The notes beneath the pieces were generated by a model that worked only from the letters and a program-made list of their open reading frames with translations, was not told where the DNA came from and ran no database searches. Both the position numbers and the translations under genes were made by a program. Shown piece after piece: positions 48,537 to 57,552 of a stretch of DNA of 64,000 nucleotides; position 1 is the first letter of the stretch, and each line of letters begins with the position of its first letter. Location of the stretch: the IMG/VR virus record IMGVR_UViG_3300012979_000039, positions 1 through 64,000 of that record; one strand, written 5' to 3'. The stretch is from a virus (taxonomy: Duplodnaviria > Caudoviricetes).

Positions 48537-48962
48537 ATGGGAACGGTGTCAAGAAATTTTAATTACTCCGAATTTGAGAAATCGGATACTGCGGCAAGGC
48601 TGCACATCAACAACGCAATCAGGGACTGGTTTGTCAGGGACAACATCAAGGCATTGGTGGATAATGTGCTTCAGCCTCTCCGAGATGCTTGGGGCGGACC
48701 GTTATTCATCAATAGCGGATACAGATGCCTTGAACTGAACAAGGCAGTAGGTGGAGTGCCTACAAGTCAGCATTGTCTTGGAATGGCGGCAGATGTGGCT
48801 TGTACCGATCCGATAGCACTCGCAAGACTCGCAAAGAAGATGAGACTGGACTACGACCAGATGATTATCTATGCTTCTTTTGTCCATTTCTCATACAGAA
48901 ATGACGGAGGCAACCGCAATCAGATATGCTATTCAGCAAAGTACAAAGGTCCGCAGATTTAG
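48537..48962 (+). CDS. endolysin, peptidase M15A family
   Basis: NF..SEF..SDTA; LQPLRD.WG.P..INSGYRC.ELNKAVGG..TSQH..G.AAD; FVH. Confidence 0.9.
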   Translation: MGTVSRNFNYSEFEKSDTAARLHINNAIRDWFVRDNIKALVDNVLQPLRDAWGGPLFINSGYRCLELNKAVGGVPTSQHCLGMAADVACTDPIALARLAKKMRLDYDQMIIYASFVHFSYRNDGGNRNQICYSAKYKGPQI

Positions 48963-49134
48963 AGGGAATTAGTGTTCCTTTTTGGGGAGTTCCCTCTATT
49001 TGCATAGTATTTGAAGTTCATTGACATATTGGAATTACCGTTATTTCAGAAAGTTGTGAAATTTCTCAGTAAATTCTTGCTTACTACGAAAATTTATAGT
49101 ATCTTTGTGGTGCAATATTAAATTTTTTATAGTT

Positions 49135-49275
49135 ATGGTAAGATTTTCTGAAGAAGAGCGCGAGCTCATTGAGGCGATTAGAAACTATAAAAACTCGTTG
49201 CACAATCCGTCATTTGAGTTGGAAGATTATGCGAATCAACTATTCAACAACTTGATGTATGGCAACGAAGAATAA
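49135..49275 (+). CDS. small protein (46 aa, not in ORF track)
   Basis: MVRFSEEERELIEAIRNYKNSLHNPSFELEDYANQLFNNLMYGNEE; TATCTTTG promoter upstream. Confidence 0.7.
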   Translation: MVRFSEEERELIEAIRNYKNSLHNPSFELEDYANQLFNNLMYGNEE

Positions 49276-49358
49276 TTGCCTCTATCCTCTCTTGGCAACG
49301 AGAGAGGATTTTGAAAGACACAACTAACAAAATAAATACAATATCTAATTTTTCTATT

Positions 49359-49598
49359 ATGCGACCAATTTTTGACACTCAAGTAAAGCAATCTCTCCGA
49401 GATATTTACTTGTTCATTACTTGGGGTAAGTTCTCGAATGTGTACTTCCAGAAGTCGAGCTCGTGGCTTTACAACAAGTTGAACGGAACAGACGGAAATG
49501 GAGGACAAGGCGGTTTTACCGATTCGGAAAAGGAGCAGTTTAAGGCTTCTCTCTTGGATTTCTCCGACAAAATCCGTAGAATTGCAGAAAATATGTAA
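49359..49598 (+). CDS. DUF5053-like HTH protein
   Basis: YFQKSSSWLYNKLNG.DGNG..GGFT..EKEQFK..L.D. Confidence 0.75.
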   Translation: MRPIFDTQVKQSLRDIYLFITWGKFSNVYFQKSSSWLYNKLNGTDGNGGQGGFTDSEKEQFKASLLDFSDKIRRIAENM

Positions 49599-49667
49599 GC
49601 CCCTCCAAGGCTTTAAGAAATTTAATATTGCTTCAGCGGTAGTTCCAATGGGATTACCGCTATTTTT

Positions 49668-50243
49668 ATGAAGAAGAATATCATAGGAGCATTACTGCTT
49701 ATTCTCGGCATAGTCATCGGTTGGCTCTGCCGAGGACGCTTTCTTGGTGACGCTCCGGCAGTGCAGAGGGATACGACTGTGGTCTATAAGACGGTAAGGT
49801 ATTCAAGATTGGAGTTGGATTACCTGACTTACAGACTGGACTTGCCGAAGATAGGCAACAAGGAGTATGTGTTTATCAGGGAGGACTCCACTTCCATTAT
49901 ATACCGAGACAGTATCAGATATGTCACACTTCCTCGTCAGTTTTTCTACACAAGGACAAACGAGGCAGAGATATTCCACTCCGGCATTGATTCAAGGATT
50001 GACAGTCTGAATGTCTACATGAGAAACACGAGCGTCACGCAGGTGATAAGACCGAGAGAGAAGAAGCACTCCATAGGCATAGGGATAGAGGCGAACTACG
50101 CCACTGCCTTCAACATGCCCGTGCAGTTGGAATACTCCTACATGGTTAGACCTTGGCTCTCCGTCTACGGATATGCGGAGTACGAGCCATTCCGAAGGCA
50201 GTTTGGAGTGGGAATAGGCACCAAGATGTTATTAGAGTGGTAA
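49668..50243 (+). CDS. N-terminally anchored membrane protein (spanin/outer-membrane lysis candidate)
   Basis: Signal/TM N-terminus; beta-rich C-terminus ending in W; follows the endolysin. Confidence 0.5.
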   Translation: MKKNIIGALLLILGIVIGWLCRGRFLGDAPAVQRDTTVVYKTVRYSRLELDYLTYRLDLPKIGNKEYVFIREDSTSIIYRDSIRYVTLPRQFFYTRTNEAEIFHSGIDSRIDSLNVYMRNTSVTQVIRPREKKHSIGIGIEANYATAFNMPVQLEYSYMVRPWLSVYGYAEYEPFRRQFGVGIGTKMLLEW

Positions 50244-50535
50244 GCGTTTAAATCAAGGATTTATTTTGCCTCTGTAACTTGGTATAAGTCAACAACTTAT
50301 AGAGAACAATCAGAATAAACCTTTTAAAGAGTGCTTATTTGGCGTTTAAAATCAGAGTTAAATTATTTAAATTTATGGCGACAAAAAGAAGACTTACCGT
50401 AGCCCCCAAAAAGCCTGCGGTATCATTAAAGAAAGTATCAATAGATGAATTGTCGAGGGAATCTGACAAGGCTAATAAGAAGAGACTGTATAAGCCAAGG
50501 GTTCGTTTGACGGCTCACATCAAGAAGACTGTAAG

Positions 50536-50925
50536 ATGATCGAAGAATTGGTAAGCATTTTGAGAAAAGTAACGACAACGGTGAAGGTCGCTCCGTTTGC
50601 GATAGCCCTATTCTATCTCTTGACAATATTGGGATATATGTATATGCCGGACATTGCCATCTATCTGCTTGACACTCTGCTTTATTTCTCACCGATAAGT
50701 GTGGTGCTTATGTTCATTCTGTCAAAGCAGTTAAGATTGTGTTTTTGGCATCGTCTGGAATGCTCTCTCCCGGTTTTGTGCATGGTGCCGGGTATAATCG
50801 ACGACCTGTTCATTTCGCTGACGGAGGCGGCAACCTATATCAATGCAGTTACGTTGTCACTTGTTCTGCTTCTTTCCATAATCAATGCTTACTTTGTATT
50901 TGTCAAGCCGAGTGTAAGAAGATGA
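50536..50925 (+). CDS. multi-pass membrane protein
   Basis: Four hydrophobic segments. Confidence 0.6.
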   Translation: MIEELVSILRKVTTTVKVAPFAIALFYLLTILGYMYMPDIAIYLLDTLLYFSPISVVLMFILSKQLRLCFWHRLECSLPVLCMVPGIIDDLFISLTEAATYINAVTLSLVLLLSIINAYFVFVKPSVRR

Positions 50926-51218
50926 AACGGTTTGTATTGGATATTATCGACTATATCAGGGGTGAAGTAGTCGATGACAAGTGTACCCCAGAACAGTTGC
51001 AGAGGATTTCGGATTTTGCCAAGAACGAACTTCATGTAAAGGGTACGATAGACGACATAGCGGAGTTCTACGGCCAGTCAAGGAACAATGTCAGCAATGT
51101 GCTTTCGAGAAGACCGATACCGAAGGACAAGCGTCCGCAGAGAAGGGTTCTATATGATGTCGGATGGTTTGCGACCTTGGTCCCGGAGTCTTGGAGAAAG
51201 AAAAGAATGAATAAGTAA
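50922..51218 (+). CDS. small putative DNA-binding protein
   Basis: IDDIAEFYGQSRNNVSNVLSRR helix-turn-helix-like segment. Confidence 0.5.
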   Translation: MKRFVLDIIDYIRGEVVDDKCTPEQLQRISDFAKNELHVKGTIDDIAEFYGQSRNNVSNVLSRRPIPKDKRPQRRVLYDVGWFATLVPESWRKKRMNK

Positions 51219-51370
51219 TAGCGGCTTCTCTTGACGAGGAGTTTTTTTACAACACCAAAGTGTCTATAATGCAAACACTTTGGTGTATTTTGTTGTATAA
51301 TGGCATAAGGTGTTGCGAATGCTGAATTTTGTGCTGCGGTTGATGTTGACCGTAATAATATTGTAGTTTT

Positions 51371-52309
51371 ATGTATTCGACAACACCTCAGACTTATGTG
51401 TTCGGTAGCGATAGCGACAAGAACACTTTCGACCCCAACCTTCTGTTGGGAATGATGTTCGGCAATGGTGGATTCGGAGGCTTCGGAGGTGGAGCCAACT
51501 GGATATGGCCATTGTTCCTCTTTGCCCTTTGGGGCGGTAACGGATTCGGTGGATTCGGTAACAACGGCGGTTTTAACGGCCGCGGTGGAGTGGGTTTCCT
51601 TTCTAATCAGATTAACGAAGACACAGGCCGTCAACTTGTGATGCAGGCAATCAACGGTAATGCTACCGCAATCAGCCAACTCGCATCTTCTCTCAACTGT
51701 GCTACGGGCGACATTCAGAACGCTCTCTGTTCTATTCAGAGCAAGATCTGCGATGTGGCAAATCAGGTAGGTATGTCTTCGCTTCAGGTCATCAACGCCA
51801 TTGACCGTGGTGACGCTGCTCTTGCAAGTCAACTTGCACAGTGCTGCTGCGACCTCAAGGGTGCAATCAAGGATGTTGCGATCGGTCAGGAACGTGGCTT
51901 CGCAAGTGTCGCTTACGAGACCCAGCGTCAGACCTGTGACATAGAGAAGGCGATAGCTTCTTCTACCTCACAGATTCTCGAAGGACAGCGTGCCGCAGAG
52001 ATGCGTGAGATGCAGGACAAACTTGATGCCCTCAGGGAGAAGAACGCACAGCAGGCTGTTGTTCTGAACAATGCACAGCAGACCGCTCAGTTTGCGGCTA
52101 TGCTTGCTCCTATTCAGGCGGACCTCGCAGACCTCAAGTGCAATCAGGTGCCAGTGAAGAAGATTGCTTGTCCGGAGACTTATGTACCGGTGAACAACTC
52201 CATCAACGCAACATACGGACTCATTCCGACATATTGCAATGGATTCGGCGCATTCGGTGCGGGATTCGGTTTCCCTAACGGTTGGAACGGTGGTTCGCTT
52301 TGGGGCTAA
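51371..52309 (+). CDS. Gly-rich membrane/coiled-coil protein (cassette gene 1)
   Basis: GGFGG repeats around a TM segment; LAQCCCDL motif. Confidence 0.75.
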   Translation: MYSTTPQTYVFGSDSDKNTFDPNLLLGMMFGNGGFGGFGGGANWIWPLFLFALWGGNGFGGFGNNGGFNGRGGVGFLSNQINEDTGRQLVMQAINGNATAISQLASSLNCATGDIQNALCSIQSKICDVANQVGMSSLQVINAIDRGDAALASQLAQCCCDLKGAIKDVAIGQERGFASVAYETQRQTCDIEKAIASSTSQILEGQRAAEMREMQDKLDALREKNAQQAVVLNNAQQTAQFAAMLAPIQADLADLKCNQVPVKKIACPETYVPVNNSINATYGLIPTYCNGFGAFGAGFGFPNGWNGGSLWG

Positions 52310-52344
52310 GATGTGATTGCTAACTTTTAAGAAAGGAGGTAATT

Positions 52345-52695
52345 ATGTCAACGCTTCTTCCGATTTACATCAATACCAATGTGAATGGTATTCCCGCTTT
52401 GCGAAGCAACAGTGTGACCGTAACTGCAACTGATGTCCGCTTTGACTTCAATAATCATCGCAACATCGGTTCTCCGTTCAGAGGTTACATCACGTTCTTC
52501 CTTGCTCAGCCGGTACCTGCGGGAACGACTACCACTCTTCCGATAGTGTTCACGTCGGACAGCGGTAATCCGCAGCCTCTGACGACCTACAACGGTGCCG
52601 CAGTCACTGTGGCTGACCTGCCGGGAACGGGAATCTACCTTGCTTGGTTCGAGAGGGATACCAACACGCTCCAACTTATCAACGGAGCAATCTAG
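52345..52695 (+). CDS. hypothetical beta-rich protein (cassette gene 2)
   Basis: 116 aa in operon. Confidence 0.7.
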   Translation: MSTLLPIYINTNVNGIPALRSNSVTVTATDVRFDFNNHRNIGSPFRGYITFFLAQPVPAGTTTTLPIVFTSDSGNPQPLTTYNGAAVTVADLPGTGIYLAWFERDTNTLQLINGAI

Positions 52696-52727
52696 CAGAT
52701 TAAGTTAAACGACAATACCGAAACTAT

Positions 52728-53249
52728 ATGTTCAGTGGACTGAGGGAGAATGCTCCCATTTTCATACTCACGAAAGGAGAAAGGCCTGTCTTGCAGGTCG
52801 GAACGGTAGTCAGTGTCAGCAATCCGAATCTCGGATTCGGTTCACAGATGCCGATGTTGAACCCAGGTGCTATCATGGAGGTTACGGTCAAGGTGGGCGA
52901 CAATACCTTTGACCTCAAGAATCTGCCGTGCAATCAGACCTCTTATGTATATACTAAGGAGAATGCCTTTGTTACAGACAACTGGCAGGAGATGCTCAAG
53001 GAGGTGGACAACCTTGAACGTGCGAGTCAGGCTGTCGTGGACAGCGCTCCGCTTCATGCCGACCTTGTGAAATCATACAAGGGAATGAAGGAGGTGCTTG
53101 ACCCGCAGATCGCCAAGGAGAGGGCTAATCAGGAACAGATAGACGACCTCAAAAGCCGTATGGGCGGCATAGAAGACACTCTCGGTCAGATGATGGGGCT
53201 TCTTCAGTCCCTGAACAATAGCGGAGGTAGCAAAAAAGTAAAGGAGTAA
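52728..53249 (+). CDS. hypothetical protein (cassette gene 3)
   Basis: MFSGLR; C-terminal coiled coil. Confidence 0.7.
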   Translation: MFSGLRENAPIFILTKGERPVLQVGTVVSVSNPNLGFGSQMPMLNPGAIMEVTVKVGDNTFDLKNLPCNQTSYVYTKENAFVTDNWQEMLKEVDNLERASQAVVDSAPLHADLVKSYKGMKEVLDPQIAKERANQEQIDDLKSRMGGIEDTLGQMMGLLQSLNNSGGSKKVKE

Positions 53250-53253
53250 AGTT

Positions 53254-53553
53254 ATGGGCTGGAAAATGATTCAGATTCCGAGCGAGAAGGTCTATTCTCT
53301 CAGCGAGCATATCGAGAAGGCTCTCCGTCACGCGGGAAAGGCCATGCAGTGTCTTGAAGACATGACGCCTGAACATGAGATGGGTGAGCGTTACATGGGT
53401 GAACGCTACATGGGCGAAAGAGGCAATTACGGACAAGGCGGTTCGTCATACGGCAGCCGTTCATACGGAAGTTACGGAAACCGTGACGACGAGTGGAATG
53501 AGCGTGAGATGGACGAAAGACGCAGACGTGACTCTCGCGGAAGGTACATGTAA
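53254..53553 (+). CDS. low-complexity protein (cassette gene 4)
   Basis: MGERY repeats; ends RRRRDSRGRYM. Confidence 0.7.
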   Translation: MGWKMIQIPSEKVYSLSEHIEKALRHAGKAMQCLEDMTPEHEMGERYMGERYMGERGNYGQGGSSYGSRSYGSYGNRDDEWNEREMDERRRRDSRGRYM

Positions 53554-53595
53554 AATCAGGGGGCTTGAACTGCCCCCTTTATGACTTGAAAGACT

Positions 53596-54027
53596 ATGAA
53601 CAGAAGAACACCCCTTGACATCTATGAAGTGGAGATGATGCCTGCCGACATGAAGGCTTATCTCCGCAATCACGGCTTTTCGTTTTCCAAGAAGGCTTGT
53701 GACTTTGCGGTGTCGCTTATGGAAAGAAGAAACAAGGCGACTGACAAGGCGGAGAAGATAGAGCCTTACACCAAGGAAAAGACTGAGGAACTTATGACCA
53801 AGTACGGAGTGACCTTGAAGAACAACATAGGCTACAACTTCGTATATGTCATGAATATGACATTTGCTGACTGTTGGAAAGAGTCAATCGAAGACGAACA
53901 CCATCTTGTCAAGCATGTAAAGTGTATAATCGATGACATTGACGACAACCCGGAAAACGTTTTTCGTCTTTGGATAGCCAAGATGGACGGTAACGGTATT
54001 CCTATTCCTTGGGAAGAAATAATGTAG
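53596..54027 (+). CDS. hypothetical protein (cassette gene 5)
   Basis: YLRNHGFSFSKKAC.FAVS.M; PIPWEEIM end. Confidence 0.7.
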   Translation: MNRRTPLDIYEVEMMPADMKAYLRNHGFSFSKKACDFAVSLMERRNKATDKAEKIEPYTKEKTEELMTKYGVTLKNNIGYNFVYVMNMTFADCWKESIEDEHHLVKHVKCIIDDIDDNPENVFRLWIAKMDGNGIPIPWEEIM

Positions 54028-54036
54028 TATTAAGCC

Positions 54037-54471
54037 ATGATAGTACAGGATATATATTTGCCGGAATATGATTGGCATTGCCGTGTATTTTATGCAGTTA
54101 CCTGCTATTGGGCAGATGACATCCTGTATGAACTTCGCAGGACCGGTTGCAACGGCAAGGAATATCATACGGCACAGAACAATCTGTATGATAGTAAGTT
54201 AGATACTGGATTGACGTACTCCAACAGAGAGAGCCGTGAGAGCATAATGGTCATTGCCAAGACCAGTTGCCCAGAGGAGTTTGCCCACTCGTTTGACCAC
54301 GAGAAGGGGCATCTTGCAAAGCATATTGCACTTGCATACGACCTTGACCCCTTTGGAGAGGAGGTTCAATATCTCAGCGGTGACATAGCGAAGGAGATGT
54401 TTCCGATAGCGAAGCGTTTTTTTTGTGAATGCTGCAGAAGAAAACTATATACGAGGCGTAGTGAGCAGTAG
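54037..54471 (+). CDS. putative zincin metalloprotease (cassette gene 6)
   Basis: HEKGH (HExxH) with downstream EE. Confidence 0.55.
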   Translation: MIVQDIYLPEYDWHCRVFYAVTCYWADDILYELRRTGCNGKEYHTAQNNLYDSKLDTGLTYSNRESRESIMVIAKTSCPEEFAHSFDHEKGHLAKHIALAYDLDPFGEEVQYLSGDIAKEMFPIAKRFFCECCRRKLYTRRSEQ

Positions 54472-54504
54472 AATACTCACACGCGAGAGAAGTGCATTTC
54501 ATTA

Positions 54505-54545
54505 CGGGTGACAGAGAGTGGCTAACTCTGTTGCCCGTTGTTGAT
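54505..54545 (+). terminator. intrinsic terminator after the six-gene cassette
   Basis: ACGGGTGACAGAG/CTCTGTTGCCCGT stem, then a T-rich tail. Confidence 0.65.
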
Positions 54546-54564
54546 TTATGTGCTATATTTGCAG

Positions 54565-54701
54565 CATATCGCTCTCGGAACGATTGACTGGCTATCCGCT
54601 TGCCGTTAAAGCGGACAAAGAAAAACTAATACAAATAAAGACTACCAATCAATTATGCATTAGTTCTATGGGGAAGGGTTCAGGCCTTTCCCTTTCTTTT
54701 T
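54565..54701 (+). ncRNA. candidate small RNA (plus strand)
   Basis: TATATTTG at 54554-54561; internal hairpin TCCGCTT/AAGCGGA; terminator GGGAAGG/CCTTTCCC+T; no ORF. Confidence 0.4.
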
Positions 54702-54704
54702 CCT

Positions 54705-54770
54705 AAAAAGGGTAGCCCTCTGCGGCTCACAGAAAGCACGGCAAAGGGCTACTTAATACTACACGGTTCG
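54705..54770 (-). ncRNA. candidate trans-acting antisense sRNA
   Basis: Minus-strand TTTG-N19-TACCTTTG promoter (54802-54772); 5' CCGTGTAGTATTAAG; GTAGCCCT/AGGGCTAC hairpin + T5. Confidence 0.65.
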
Positions 54771-54805
54771 GCAAAGGTAAACTTTTTAGTTTACAAGTCA
54801 AAGAT

Positions 54806-56041
54806 TTACTTGCTTTTTCGGTAATCCTTGCCGTAAAATATATAGTCTATTATCTTTCTGTTTGCGTCATCTACAAGGTCGTTGTCGTAATCTATATATA
54901 TATCAGTTACTTTCAATCCGAAACTGTGCCCCATGCCTCTGCTTATCACCTCTTTGGATATGCCTATCTTCATTGCTACGGTAGCCCAAGTGTGGCGTGC
55001 CCAGTTTGAACTCAAGTCCGGGAAGATGCCTTTCCCAAGAATCTTGCCGCGTTTGCCGAGCGGTCTGCCGATAGCCTTGAGCCCGTCATTGAAATGATGT
55101 AGATAGTCCTTATAGTCGTCATACGAGTCCATAGGGTTGAGCAAGGTACCTCTGCCTTTGTACTTTTCAATGATCGCGATTGCCTCTGGCTCCAGTTTGA
55201 CAGACAGAGGTGTTCCCGTCTTGTTTCTTCGGTAATCTAACCTGCCGTTGGACACCTGCTGTGCAGTAGCAAGGAAAAGGTCTCCGGCATTGATTCCGCG
55301 AAGAAGGAACATGAGGATAAACATATCGCGATACTGCTCTTGATAAGGCTCGCACTTGGCATTTAAGAGGCTTTTGAGTTGTTCCGGCATAAGTGCCTTC
55401 TTCCGCGTATTCTCTTGTCTTAACGGGTACTTTCTGAAAGGATACAAGGTTGTTATGCCCGCGTTGATTGCATCGTTGAATACGGCTCTTATGTTTCTCA
55501 GGTGGATATTCCTGCTGTTCTTCTTCTCTGTCTTGGAACAAAAGGACTCGAACTCCCGAAGATAGTCGTTGGTTATATCCTCAAACGAGCGGGTTGCAAG
55601 ATTAGAGTCATATGCTTCTAACTTTCGGAGAGTATAGGCATACAGCCCTCTTGTCCCGTCATTGCCCTTCAGTTCCATGAAGCGAACAAAACGGAATCGG
55701 AACATATGGCTTTCCTCTATTTTCCGCTTCTTGTCAGGGTCTATGATGTCAATTATCTTGTCACGAAGTTGATATGCAGTTAATCCTCCGCTTTCCCCGT
55801 TTTCCACCAGCCGCAGGATAGCGGAATCTATCTCCAATCTCTTCTTGTTAAGGATAAGATTGATTCTTTTGGCATTCGGATGATTTACCACCTCCTTTCT
55901 TGTCGTACTCCACTGTTGCACTGTTACCTTGATACCTGTATTGATATAAGCCGCCTTGCCGTTCTTCCGTATAGCAAATTTCAGAGGAACCGGTTGATTT
56001 TCCTGAACCGCTCTGGCGTCGAAGTAGATTGTTATTGTCAT
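54806..56041 (-). CDS. int: tyrosine integrase
   Basis: Arm-binding N-terminus (Y.NTGI.V...QW); LRNIRAVFN.A; RGIN..D; YRRNKT; ARHTWAT...MGH...T..Y. Confidence 0.95.
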   Translation of the reverse strand: MTITIYFDARAVQENQPVPLKFAIRKNGKAAYINTGIKVTVQQWSTTRKEVVNHPNAKRINLILNKKRLEIDSAILRLVENGESGGLTAYQLRDKIIDIIDPDKKRKIEESHMFRFRFVRFMELKGNDGTRGLYAYTLRKLEAYDSNLATRSFEDITNDYLREFESFCSKTEKKNSRNIHLRNIRAVFNDAINAGITTLYPFRKYPLRQENTRKKALMPEQLKSLLNAKCEPYQEQYRDMFILMFLLRGINAGDLFLATAQQVSNGRLDYRRNKTGTPLSVKLEPEAIAIIEKYKGRGTLLNPMDSYDDYKDYLHHFNDGLKAIGRPLGKRGKILGKGIFPDLSSNWARHTWATVAMKIGISKEVISRGMGHSFGLKVTDIYIDYDNDLVDDANRKIIDYIFYGKDYRKSK

Positions 56042-56191
56042 ATCCCGCACTGATTTTGCACTTTCTTCTCCCTTAAAATGGAAAAAAATGGAAAGAAATG
56101 CTCTTTTTTTTGACCGGGATAGTCTTGAAATGAGGGGAAAAATAAAGCGATTGACCGTTATAACTAACTGATAATCAATCGCTTTATAGGT

Positions 56192-56236
56192 GTGATTCGG
56201 TTGGGATTCGAACCCAAGACCCACAGCTTAGAAGGT
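56192..56236 (-). other. attP core = 3' half of tRNA-Arg(TCT)
   Basis: Minus strand CCTTCTAAGCTGTGGGTCTTGGGTTCGAATCCCAACCGAATCAC with no 5' half; directly upstream of the integrase. Confidence 0.85.
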
Positions 56237-56323
56237 AAAGTACTGCTGAATCTTATAGCCTTGTAACTTCCTCAATATCAATACTATCCTTGTTCGTGTG
56301 ATAACTACGGTTTTATGCTTGCA

Positions 56324-56605
56324 CTAATTTTGCACTTTTTGATGTTCCACGCGTCTTGCATAGAACTCTCCCTCGCCGGTAAGAAGCCACCTCGCACTAA
56401 CATTATAATCCCTGACGAGGTATGTCAGCCATGCAGTTTGAAAGATATCCCTTCCCGGCTCTTTTTCAAGGGTGTTAAAGTTCCATCGGTTGATTCCATA
56501 CTTCTCGGTAAAAGTTTTCTTTCCCCTTATTGCCTTGTCTGATTTCAGGCGGTATATAGCATCAAAGAACCGAATGACCACTTTTTGACTATCGTTGTTT
56601 TGCAT
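56324..56605 (-). CDS. small HTH-like protein
   Basis: TF..KYGINRWN...WL..LV.DY.VSA.WLLTG.G. Confidence 0.65.
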   Translation of the reverse strand: MQNNDSQKVVIRFFDAIYRLKSDKAIRGKKTFTEKYGINRWNFNTLEKEPGRDIFQTAWLTYLVRDYNVSARWLLTGEGEFYARRVEHQKVQN

Positions 56606-56801
56606 AGGCTTTCTGTATTCTGTTAATCATGTCATTTCTTCTGCATACCCATTCGTTGAGCAATTTCTGCCAATGGGCGAGAGTGCCTGGGGTGAGCCGC
56701 AGAAGCCCGTTGGCGACCATCGCAAGTTCTAGACTTGTCATCACCGGTATGAACTCCTGTACTTCTTCTAGAAGTTGAATGCTGTGCAGTTCTTTTCCCA
56801 T
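56589..56801 (-). CDS. hypothetical protein
   Basis: Co-transcribed with the repressor. Confidence 0.5.
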   Translation of the reverse strand: MGKELHSIQLLEEVQEFIPVMTSLELAMVANGLLRLTPGTLAHWQKLLNEWVCRRNDMINRIQKAYAKQR

Positions 56802-56819
56802 ATATATAATAGGTATATA

Positions 56820-57215
56820 TTACTTTGACATAGCCTGTTTCAAGAGTTCGATGAAAGCGTCATGTTGCTCTTGGAACTTGGCACACATTTTCTGCTCTTC
56901 CGCGAGTGCGTCCAGGGCCTTGTTCAATGCTTCATTTGACGGTCCGTGAATGTCGCCATTGGCTGTGGTGTTGTTGTCGCCAATGACATTCTGATTGTTG
57001 TCTTTTCTGAGCATGCTTCCTTTTTCCCCGTTGCTGAGCAGCCACTCTGGGTCAATTTCCGGACACTTTTCATATACGAGTTCTAGATCCAAGTATCCAC
57101 GCTTGACCCACGAGTAAGCGTTCTGCTCGGACAAATCAAATTTCTGAGCAAAATCTATATTTCTATGGAGTTTATAATAATCTCGTATCTCTTTGAGCAT
57201 CAATTCTTTAGCCAT
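56820..57215 (-). CDS. CI-like repressor
   Basis: FAQKFDLSEQNAYSWVKRG..D...Y.KCPEI.PEWLL...G.M; divergent from a Cro-like gene. Confidence 0.75.
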   Translation of the reverse strand: MAKELMLKEIRDYYKLHRNIDFAQKFDLSEQNAYSWVKRGYLDLELVYEKCPEIDPEWLLSNGEKGSMLRKDNNQNVIGDNNTTANGDIHGPSNEALNKALDALAEEQKMCAKFQEQHDAFIELLKQAMSK

Positions 57216-57358
57216 ATCTCAATAAAAATTTTATTAAAAATAATTAAAATAAATTTTTATAAATTAGAAATAATTATTATTTTTGCCTCGTTAATTTCAA
57301 CAAAGATAGAAAAACTTTTGTAAAAATTATTAAAAATATTGTTTAAAATTTTTAGAGT

Positions 57359-57550
57359 ATGCCAGAATTAAAGACAGAAATCGAAAAGCGCAGGGACGAG
57401 AGAAACAGAAGTATCTGCTCTGAGTTTAAGAAGCTTAAGGAGAAAGACACGTCACTATCTACTCACCGCATTGCATCGCATTTAGCAGAGAAGTATAACC
57501 TTACTACCCAGGCGATAACCCTTATCGTCAAGGCGGCTAATCTCTGCTGA
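57359..57550 (+). CDS. Cro-like HTH protein
   Basis: First rightward gene; LAEKYNLTTQAI..IVK. Confidence 0.6.
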   Translation: MPELKTEIEKRRDERNRSICSEFKKLKEKDTSLSTHRIASHLAEKYNLTTQAITLIVKAANLC

Positions 57551-57552
57551 TT

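Noticed and set aside
56192-56236. Functional tRNA-Arg gene
   Set aside because: The 5' acceptor strand and D-arm are missing; it is an att core.
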